Source: Allobaculum fili (lineage in GTDB: Bacteria > Bacillota_I > Bacilli_A > Erysipelotrichales > Erysipelotrichaceae). From it: a stretch of DNA of 11,596 nucleotides. The position numbers and the translations under genes are program-made. Of the stretch, positions 1 through 7,145 are shown in pieces. The DNA lies in contig NZ_JAHDSX010000061.1 in the NCBI RefSeq assembly GCF_020969955.1, positions 1 through 11,596 of the forward strand. Direction: 5' to 3'. Each line of letters opens with the position of its first letter. Within the stretch, counting starts at the first letter, position 1. A model generated the notes under the pieces. That model saw only the letters and a program-made list of their open reading frames with translations, did no database searches and was not told the DNA's origin.

Positions 1-2
1 TC

Positions 3-39
3 AGGATGATTTTTTCAACAGGTAGAAAATCATCCTTTT
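3..39 (+). terminator. Stem-loop at the window edge; possible intrinsic terminator of a + strand gene lying upstream of the window
   Basis: Perfect 11-bp stem AGGATGATTTT (3-13) / AAAATCATCCT (26-36) with a 12-nt loop. The tail TTTC is short, so terminator function is uncertain. Confidence 0.3.
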
Positions 40-161
40 CGTCATGCCTGAGACGCAAAATATAAGAAATAACAACGCTCATGAACAGGGTATACGATTT
101 TTATCCCTCCTTAACTTAATGACATTGTAATTTTCCTTTCAAAAATGGCTATAGTGTACTG

Positions 162-575
162 TTATGCATTTACACTGGGCATTGTTTTCCAGACACCGTA
201 GACGTACAGTCCGGGTACCAGCAAGCTGAGCGCCAGATTCGTAATACGGAACTTTCCGCCGCCGATCAGACCGATTCCCGTAGAAATAATGCTCAGAACC
301 GTGATCCCAATGCCCCAGTTCACGCATTTGCTGGCATTCTCAGGGACTTTGCACGCCCTGAGACCTTTTACGCCGGCGATGATCTCAATCACCGAGTTGA
401 TTGTCACGATGATGGAACTCGCGTAGAGGATACCCGTTCCATCTGCACTCCCCGCCAGCGCCGCCAGTGCACTGACACCAAGAATCGCGATCACCCCGGC
501 GATCCCTGCGATGATGCCGCCTGCGATCATCAGGATAGAAGTGATCTTCAAAAATATCTGTCTGCCGTTAGTCAT
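162..575 (-). CDS. Small integral membrane protein (about 4 predicted TM helices), function unknown
   Basis: ORF track 162..620. Start moved to ATG 575 (MTNGRQIF...) because GGAGA lies 8 nt upstream. There are Gly/Ile/Ala-rich hydrophobic segments (ILMIAGGIIAGIAGVIAILGV, GILYASSIIVTINSVIEIIAGV, WGIGITVLSIISTGIGLIGG, LALSLLVPGLYVYGV). TAA stop. Confidence 0.7.
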   Translation of the reverse strand: MTNGRQIFLKITSILMIAGGIIAGIAGVIAILGVSALAALAGSADGTGILYASSIIVTINSVIEIIAGVKGLRACKVPENASKCVNWGIGITVLSIISTGIGLIGGGKFRITNLALSLLVPGLYVYGVWKTMPSVNA

Positions 576-631
576 GGTAATTTTCTCCGTTTTTGTTGAT
601 TCAGAATGCAAATTCTTCACGGTATCTTTGG

Positions 632-1183
632 TTATTTCTCTTGCTTTTTGAACTCGACTGTTTTGCTGCTGTCCGCAAGGTCGAGCTCCAGGATCAGTCT
701 GCCGTCAGTATCTTCATCCGAGGCCTCATGGTAAAAGGAAGTGATTTCCCCCGCAGGGGATCCATCTTTCCTCTGCAATACGCAGGTATCCAGGAAAAAC
801 TCCGTAGACTGGACGATTCCCGGCTGAAGATAGACAAATTGAATAGGATCATCCAGCTATTGCTCGCCATCCAGTAAAAGCTTGATGCGGCAGCCGCTGT
901 CCAGCTCTATGACATAATGCCCGTCCTCACTTGACCAAGTGCCTGAAATCACCTGAAGCAGCATCTCATTATCGGCGTATGTATGATCGCCATCCAGTAT
1001 CGTAGGAGTCTCTGAACCATCTATCGTAGGAGTCTCTGAACCATCCACAGTGTCCGGATTCATCGAGCCGCCATTTTCCATGATCCGTTCAGCAGCAAAA
1101 TAACGAAACAGACGAACTCCGGTCACTCCCAGAACTGTCAGCGCAGGCAGCGCAATCAAGAATACGCTTCGAATCTGTTTCAT
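632..1183 (-). pseudogene. N-terminally anchored secreted/surface protein gene interrupted by an in-frame TAG at 857-859 (uninterrupted 5' ORF is 857..1183)
   Basis: ATG at 1183 sits directly after AAAGGAGGGGGG. N-terminal hydrophobic anchor IRSVFLIALPALTVLGVTGV. After TAG 857-859 the same frame stays open for 74 more codons (LDDPIQFVYLQPGIVQSTEFFLDTCVLQRKDGSPAGEITSFYHEASDEDTDGRLILELDLADSSKTVEFKKQEK) to TAA 632-634. That extension contains no Met, so it is absent from the ORF track. Confidence 0.6.
998..1045. repeat. Perfect 24-bp tandem duplication inside the secreted-protein gene
   Basis: tatcgtaggagtctctgaaccatc occurs at 998-1021 and again at 1022-1045. On the - strand it encodes DGSETPTI twice in frame. 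Confidence 0.95.
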
Positions 1184-1414
1184 CCCCCCTCCTTTCTCCT
1201 GATGAGGATTCCTGCTGCAGAGCAAGTTCGGCCTGAGCTGCGGCAAGAAAAAGCCGGCACGTGTTCCGCTTGCCTCTCAGGGCCTTCTCGTTTTCGACAG
1301 AATACGGATATTTATTTTCCTTACAGATTGATACTGTGGCCATTGTAATGAGTTATTTTCGATCGCGCCCTGTCCTTAAGTACAGGTTCGGACACTTTTT
1401 TCAGAAAAATTTTC

Positions 1415-1445
1415 AAAAAAAATCCCGGCTCTAAAGAAAGCCAGG
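1415..1445 (-). terminator. Intrinsic terminator downstream of the response-regulator gene
   Basis: - strand CCUGGCU (1445-1439) / AGCCGGG (1430-1424) forms a 7-bp stem (one G-U) with an 8-nt loop. It is followed by A then U8 (complement of the A run 1415-1422). It lies 21 nt after the TAA at 1466-1468. Confidence 0.75.
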
Positions 1446-1465
1446 ATAGACAGAACAGGTTCTTG

Positions 1466-2118
1466 TTATTCGGTTGTGGAAAATGTCTGTTCCTCGGGGA
1501 GGTTTGGAACGATAAAATTCTTCTTTGTTACCGCGATGGCAAGCTGGGTTCTATTCGTAAATCCGGTTTTGGACAAAATGTTGGAAACATGGTATTTGAT
1601 GGTTCTTTCCGAAACATTCTGCCGGGCGGCGATCTCATAGTTTTCCAATCCGTCACAGATCAGCCGCAGTACCTCGATCTCCTTTGACGTCAGCTCCGTA
1701 CTTTCGACCAATCCCAATTTTCCTTCGGCGTTTCGCCCGGAAAAAGATGTTCGCCCGCCATGGTCCGGTCGATCACGTCGATCAGTGCTTCCGGACTGAT
1801 GTCCTTATACCAGAAGCTGTCCACTCCGGCCGCTTTTGCACGTTTCAGGTAGCTCACCTCAACCATGGATGTGACGATGACGATCCGGATGTCCGGAAAC
1901 TTCGCCTTGGTCTCGGCGGCAGCTTCAATGCCGTCTTTACACCCTGAAGTACAGACATCCATCAAAATCAGGTCAATGTGCTGCTGACCGCATTTCAAAA
2001 GAGCCATATCCGCTCCGTTGAGACTGGCGGCCAGCTCCTATCTGCAGCTGTCGGAAAGCACCCGCTCCATGTATTCACGGGGCATCCGCTGATCCTCTAC
2101 AATCAGAACCTGTTTCAT
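1466..2118 (-). pseudogene. LuxR/NarL-family response regulator (receiver + HTH), disrupted by an in-frame TAG and a 1-nt frame disruption
   Basis: Three ORF-track pieces join into one gene. The first is MKQVLIVEDQRMPREYMERVLSDSCR (ATG 2118, overlapping the kinase stop as ATGA). Then TAG at 2038-2040. Then ELAASLNGADMALLKCGQQHIDLILMDVCTSG...IVIVTSMVEVSYLKRAKAAGVDSFWYK (receiver). Then a frame change at the T4 run 1718-1721. The last piece is the LuxR-type HTH TSKEIEVLRLICDGLENYEIAARQNVSERTIKYHVSNILSKTG. TAA stop at 1466. Confidence 0.85.
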
Positions 2119-3404
2119 TTCATACTCTCCTTTGTCCCCGGGAAAACCACGGTCAGCACAAAGACCGGTTTCGACTGTATTTCCATCGTACCGCCGCAGT
2201 CCAGAATATGGCGATACAGGTTGAAAAGTCCGTCCTTGGGAACGATCTCCGTTTCGGGCGATCTTCCGTCGTTTGTGATCTGCATGGAAATGCTGCCGCC
2301 GGTTTTCTCCACCGTTATATACAGTGCTGTTGATCCGACATGGCGCACGCTGTTTGTCAGACATTCCCGCATGGCGAGGATCATCACACCGCGAAGCTTC
2401 TCCTGCTCAGGCAATTCTCCGGATAAGTTTACTTGGATACCGATGGTCCTGGCATCCTGCAGGAATCTGTCCAGCTCGCTGTGCCCCTGCGAATAGTCAT
2501 TATCGTATTTAATAGCGCTGACCGCACGGGAGAACAGCTCAATGGCATTTGCCGCTTCCTCCGTCTGGTTGTGGTTAAGAATGTGGCGTATGGCAATCAG
2601 TCCCGCTCCCCTATCGTCATGCAGCTTCGTCTTGGCGGCGAGCACTTCCTTTTCTCTTGTCAGGATTAAAGCATTGTCAGAAAGCCATTTCAATTCGAGC
2701 GAAATGGCTTTCAGCCGTTTAATCTGCGCTTTCAGCTCAAGATTTTTATGGTACAGCTCCGTGACATCCGAAAAGATAGCTTCCGTATACAAGGTGCCGT
2801 CCGACGCTTTCACTTCAGTCTTCCGGTAACGCCAGGCTTTGCCGTCGGGAAAAAGACAAGTCTGCCTCTGGGGAGAGAGCTGGATCACCCCGCTGCACGC
2901 GTTGCAGTCTGACAGCGCATCCTGCAGTTCCGCAACCGTCTGGAGATCACTCTGTGAGATCGTGCGGAACAGAGTATCCATTTGCCGGTTGCACAGTTTC
3001 ACACTCCCGGAGGGCGTAAAATAGCAGATGCCGCTTGGCAGCATATCCAGAGCCTGCTTGACGGAATCGCGGCTGAGCGTCTGCTTTCCCAGTCTGTGCA
3101 GCTTTGCCATATCCCATATCAGCAGAAGATCTGCCGCTAATGTGATGCCCCATAAAAGCCACATAGGCAGAGGCAGCCATGTCCTGTACGCCAGTCCTTT
3201 GGTCATCTTTGAAAAAGCATCCGCCAGCCCGGACAATACGATAAGAACGAGCACAAATATGGATAGATGCATAATATTATTCCGCTTGTCGCGCAGTTTA
3301 CCGTAAGCAGCCAGCATCACGAAAAGGGACAGGATCAGGGTAAGGAACAAGGCAACCAGCAGCGGCGTTTGTGCCGGAGTTGAAGAAAAATAAAAATTCC
3401 TCAT
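2115..3404 (-). CDS. Membrane-bound sensor histidine kinase, HisKA_3 (NarX/DegS-like) type
   Basis: Intact 429-aa ORF with three N-terminal hydrophobic segments. H-box-like KLHDDRGAGLIAIRHIL, N-box ECLTNSVRHVGS, ITNDG, and G-box GLFNLYRHILDCGGTMEI. The TGA stop overlaps the regulator ATG (ATGA at 2115-2118). Confidence 0.85.
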   Translation of the reverse strand: MRNFYFSSTPAQTPLLVALFLTLILSLFVMLAAYGKLRDKRNNIMHLSIFVLVLIVLSGLADAFSKMTKGLAYRTWLPLPMWLLWGITLAADLLLIWDMAKLHRLGKQTLSRDSVKQALDMLPSGICYFTPSGSVKLCNRQMDTLFRTISQSDLQTVAELQDALSDCNACSGVIQLSPQRQTCLFPDGKAWRYRKTEVKASDGTLYTEAIFSDVTELYHKNLELKAQIKRLKAISLELKWLSDNALILTREKEVLAAKTKLHDDRGAGLIAIRHILNHNQTEEAANAIELFSRAVSAIKYDNDYSQGHSELDRFLQDARTIGIQVNLSGELPEQEKLRGVMILAMRECLTNSVRHVGSTALYITVEKTGGSISMQITNDGRSPETEIVPKDGLFNLYRHILDCGGTMEIQSKPVFVLTVVFPGTKESMK

Positions 3405-3442
3405 GCCGGTTCACCCGCCTTTCCGATCCGAAGGGAAAAGCG

Positions 3443-5036
3443 CTATACGCCTTCCTCACAGGTGCACGTATCGGCAAGAACAGACAGCTCCGACAAATCG
3501 CCTTTGCTTTCCGCATGCAGATAAAAGACGATCGCATCTTCCAGACTGCGGGCTTTCAGCCAGACCAAACGAAGGTCATCCATGGCCGCTTCCGTCACGG
3601 CTTCAAAAAAGTCATAGACACGGATTGCATCCTGGGTATAAATGCGGTTTTTGCCCGGAATATCCATGGCACATTCCACACTCATCAGTTCCAGATTGGC
3701 AAGGGATTCCTCCAGACAGGCGGACAGCTCAGCGGTATCCGTTACGCTCGATCTTTCACCGATAAACATCAGATTGCCCCGGCGTTTTATGTACGCGCCG
3801 ATCACCGCCGCTTTTGCCAGCAGACTGCGGCGAATTTCCGGATTGTCTTCCGCTTCATTTTGTGTCAGCAGCTGATCGAGCAGCTCGATCTGATGCACTG
3901 TGTGTGCCTGCAGCCGGTCATAGAGCCGGCTCTTTTCCCGAACTGCATTGATCTTTACCTTGGTTTTATAGTTTTGCTGCTCCACATCATCGCTTTCCGA
4001 AATCCTTTGCCGGTTTTCCTCCAGCTTTTCCAGCAGAGCAGTAATGTCTGTGATATCTTCCTGCCACAAAACATGACCGCCATTGATCCTGCAGCTTCTG
4101 AGCAGCGTGTTGCGATCCAGCATGGTCGCGTCCTTTTGTGCCGAGCGTATCACATCCGCCGTCAGCATCGGTGCGTTTGAAGAGGCATAACGGGTATGCA
4201 AGTCCGTGTCTACGATCTGCGCTCCTATGGAGCCGGCTTCAAGCAGCGATTTGTACCCGGTATTGGTCTGAATCAGCCCGCTCTGAATACAGCTTTCCAA
4301 TATTCCGGTAAACATCAGGCACTGGGCTGCCGTGATGTCTCCGCCGATCAGCCGCATCCATTTTGCGCCGCTGATATATCAGGGCATATGCGATCGAGCA
4401 TGTTAACAGCAAGAACGGAAGATATTTTTTCCTTTGGGAGAGTCGGCACTTGATCAGCATGATGACAAATGCCGCCAAAGCACAAAATATCTCCCATCCG
4501 AGAACGATATAATACCCGAATCTATATCCATTGTTTTCGCCCGTCCATGCCTCTCCTTCCGGGAAGGAAAAGGCAAGCTGATGGAAATCATTTGTAAGCT
4601 CAAAAAGCAGACAGAGCACCGTAGGAACAGCTAATAACAGGAGCGTCGTTTTCGATAACTTTGCATTTGCGGGCTTCCCCAGTGGGAGGGCAACAAGCAA
4701 AGAAAACAGCGGAATAAACAGCATGGGCAGGTAGTACCAGTCCCACAGTTGCCGTGCTGTTCCGATATCGGTTATGAAATAGTATTTCATTGAACGGAGA
4801 ATAAACCAGAAAACCATTAAACCTGAAACAGCAATCAGATAATGGCGCACCTCTACCTGAATGATCCGTTTGCTGACGGAAATTTCCCATCCGATATAAA
4901 GAGCGATATAAATAAGCGAGCGGACAATTCCACTGGGAACGCCCAATATGCCAAGATTTCCCAGAACGCGTAAGAAAACAGCAGAGAAGATCATCGCGTC
5001 TACAAGAAGACCTGTTTTGTGATTCTGTTTCGTCAT
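3443..5036 (-). pseudogene. 7-TM sensor-like membrane protein (resembles histidine-kinase N-terminal 7TM family) with a coiled-coil/DHp-like cytoplasmic domain; frame disrupted near 4361-4364
   Basis: ATG 5036 follows GAAAGGAGG. Seven hydrophobic helices lie between MTKQNHKTGLLVDAMIF and CSIAYALIY. ORF track pieces 4239..5294 and 3443..4357 overlap by 119 nt in different frames. Removing one base of the A4 run (T4 on + strand, 4361-4364) gives ...ALIYQRRKWMRLIGGDITAAQCLMF..., a typical positive patch after a TM helix. The gene ends at TAG 3443-3445. Confidence 0.75.
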
Positions 5037-5245
5037 GAGGAACCTCCTTTCTAATTCATCTTGTTTTATTATTCGGGCAAGGTACAGGTAACGTTTTCCC
5101 GAAGAACCGAGGCAGCCATATTTTTGATTTAGCCAGACTGGGACTGACCCGTCAGGAGCAGCTGAACATCGCCATCTCGCCTGTCCGCTCGTATGAATGA
5201 AAAAGTCTGCACAGTCATACGCCGTACGGTTATTTCTGCTTTCTG

Positions 5246-5282
5246 AAAAAAAAGAACCCCGAACTATACAGTCCAAGGTTCT
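5246..5282 (-). terminator. Intrinsic terminator between lysS and the signalling cluster
   Basis: - strand AGAACCUUGGAC / GUUCGGGGUUCU forms a long stem with several G-U pairs and loop UGUAUA. It is followed by U8 (complement of the A run 5246-5253). Confidence 0.7.
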
Positions 5283-5406
5283 GTCGGAAATCACGAGCGA
5301 TGCTCAAAAAGTTATTTGTTTAAAATTTGCGGTAACCCCGTTTTACGACATTTTTTCGATTAACAAAACGGCGCAAACGCTGTTTAAACCTGATTTTTGT
5401 GCTTAT

Positions 5407-6918
5407 TTAGTCCGAGAGGGGCTTCATCGTCGGGAAGAGCAGGACTTCGCGAATCGAGCTCTGATCGGTCAGGAGCATGACAAAACGGTCAATGCCGAGG
5501 CCGACACCGCCGGTAGGCGGCATGCCGTATTCGAGGGCTTCTACGTAGTCGACGTCCATGTCGTTCGCTTCATCATCGCCCAGTTCGCGCAGAGCGAGCT
5601 GATTGAGGAAGCGTTCTTTCTGGTCAATCGGATCGTTGAGCTCAGAGAAGGCGTTGGCGTATTCGTGGCCTTTGATGAAGAGCTCATACCGGTCGGTGAA
5701 GCGCGGATCTTCCGCGTTCTTTTTGGCCAGCGGGGAAATTTCTACTGGATAATGGTAGACAAATGTCGGCTGTTCCAGCGTTTCTTCCACATATTTTTCG
5801 AAGAACAGGTCGAGAATGTGACCAACCGAGTTGTGCTTCTTCTCGAGTTCAATGCCGTGTTCTTCCGCAATTTTCTTCGCTTCTTCGAAATCGGTAATTT
5901 TTTCGAAGTCGATGCCGGTCTTTTCGAAAACCGCTTCGGACATTTTCAGACGAGCGAACGGCTTAGAAAGATCAATTTCCGTACCCTGATACGTTACGGT
6001 CTGCGTACCGAGAACGTTCTGTGCTACATAACGGAACAGACCTTCGATCAGGTCCATCATGCCCCGCAGATCGGAGTAAGCCACATACGCTTCAACGGTT
6101 GTGAATTCCGGGTTGTGGGTCTGGTCCATGCCTTCGTTACGGAACAGACGGCCGATTTCATAAACCCCTTCGAGTCCGCCGACAATCAGACGCTTCAGGT
6201 TCAGCTCAGTAGCAATACGCAGATACATATCGATGTCGAGCGTATTGTGATGCGTTACAAACGGACGGGCTGCCGCACCGCCAAGAATGGTATTCAGAAC
6301 TGGCGTTTCGACTTCAATCAGGCCCTGGCCGTCAAGATACTGCTGAATGGCACGAATGATTTTCGGACGCGTAATTGCAATGCGGCGGGCATCGTCATTC
6401 ATGATCAGATCGACGTAGCGACGACGGAAACGCTCTTCCATATCCGTCAGTCCATGGAATTTTTCCGGAAGCGGACGGAGTGATTTGGAAAGATGCGTGT
6501 ACTCTTTGGCGCGTACGGCAATATCACCATGATCGGTTTTCATCAGAATGCCTTCAATGCCGACAATATCGCCAATATCGTTTTTCTTGTACACTTCGTA
6601 AGCCTCATCGCCTACCGTATCTTTACGTACGTAAATCTGGATCTGGCCGTCACGGTCCTGGATATGCATGAATCCGGCTTTGCCCATGCGGCGCTTGGTC
6701 ATAATGCGGCCGGCGACTTTAACCGGAACCTGAAGTTCTTCGAGTTCTTCTTTGGATTTATCCGCATAAACCGGCAGAATATCGCTGGTTCGGTGGGTTC
6801 TTGGATAGGCCTGGCCGAATGGATCAACGCCCATATCGATCAGATCCTGCATTTTCTGACGACGGACTTTTTCCTGTTCAGTCAGTTTTACGTTATCTTT
6901 ATTGCCTTTCTGGCTCAT
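5407..6918 (-). CDS. lysS: Lysine--tRNA ligase (class II LysRS)
   Basis: Intact 503-aa ORF. The N-terminal OB-fold region ([31 protein letters not shown]) and class II core ([73 protein letters not shown]) are recognisable. RBS AAAGGAA lies 7 nt upstream. TAA stop. Confidence 0.97.
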   Translation of the reverse strand: MSQKGNKDNVKLTEQEKVRRQKMQDLIDMGVDPFGQAYPRTHRTSDILPVYADKSKEELEELQVPVKVAGRIMTKRRMGKAGFMHIQDRDGQIQIYVRKDTVGDEAYEVYKKNDIGDIVGIEGILMKTDHGDIAVRAKEYTHLSKSLRPLPEKFHGLTDMEERFRRRYVDLIMNDDARRIAITRPKIIRAIQQYLDGQGLIEVETPVLNTILGGAAARPFVTHHNTLDIDMYLRIATELNLKRLIVGGLEGVYEIGRLFRNEGMDQTHNPEFTTVEAYVAYSDLRGMMDLIEGLFRYVAQNVLGTQTVTYQGTEIDLSKPFARLKMSEAVFEKTGIDFEKITDFEEAKKIAEEHGIELEKKHNSVGHILDLFFEKYVEETLEQPTFVYHYPVEISPLAKKNAEDPRFTDRYELFIKGHEYANAFSELNDPIDQKERFLNQLALRELGDDEANDMDVDYVEALEYGMPPTGGVGLGIDRFVMLLTDQSSIREVLLFPTMKPLSD

Positions 6919-7062
6919 GATGACATTCCTTTCTGTTTACATATTTTCGGTGCGCAAAACAAAAGTCTGCAGATCAGACCGTTCGCTTTCCAGTTTGGAA
7001 AAAGCGTTCAAATTCACTTTATCAAAAACAGTTCTGACCATTTTTCGTTTTGCTTTCTCTTC

Positions 7063-7091
7063 AGAGTATTCATTTTTTCGGGCTCTGTCAA
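7063..7091 (-). promoter_or_regulatory. Candidate sigma-70/sigmaA promoter for lysS
   Basis: - strand TTGACA (7091-7086), a 17-nt spacer, then TACTCT (7068-7063). This would give a 5' leader of about 135 nt before lysS. Confidence 0.4.
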
Positions 7092-7145
7092 ATTGTTCGA
7101 AAACCCGTACAGACGCCCGCTATGCCTGCGACAGGCTGTATGGCT

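Noticed and set aside
1-82. Possible partial - strand CDS starting at ATG 82 (MSVVISYILRLRHDEKDDFLPVEKIIL...)
   Set aside because: The only Shine-Dalgarno-like sequence (AAGGAGGG, 105-112) is about 22 nt from the ATG, with an in-frame TAA between them. The ORF is occupied by a perfect 11-bp hairpin. Too little sequence is available to support a call.
593-877. 94-aa + strand ORF
   Set aside because: It lies antisense to the stop-free continuation of the secreted-protein gene. The - strand reading is in frame with the upstream gene and more protein-like.
1089-1343. 84-aa - strand ORF overlapping the start of the secreted-protein gene
   Set aside because: It is in a different frame from the ORF with the strong AGGAGG RBS and signal anchor. 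It has no RBS and reads through a likely promoter/UTR region.
3371-4180. 269-aa + strand ORF and nested + strand ORFs (3403..3765, 3642..3875, 4196..4453)
   Set aside because: They are antisense to the 7-TM sensor gene, whose - strand product has coherent TM and coiled-coil structure. The + strand translations are Arg/His/Phe-rich and featureless.
4239-4357. C-terminal tail of ORF 4239..5294 (QRRKMDAADRRRHHGSPVPDVYRNIGKLYSERADSDQYRVQIAA)
   Set aside because: This is out-of-frame read-through after the frame break. It overlaps the better-supported frame that starts WMRLIGGD, and its Arg/His-rich composition looks non-genuine.
5197-6483. 428-aa + strand ORF
   Set aside because: It is entirely antisense to the clearly recognisable lysS gene. 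The translation is low-complexity (F/R/N/V-rich) with no motifs and no RBS. It is a typical shadow ORF.
6919-7145. T-box or lysine (L-box) riboswitch upstream of lysS
   Set aside because: There is no T-box consensus (GGTGGTACCGCG-like) and no L-box core motif visible on the - strand. Only generic hairpins are present.
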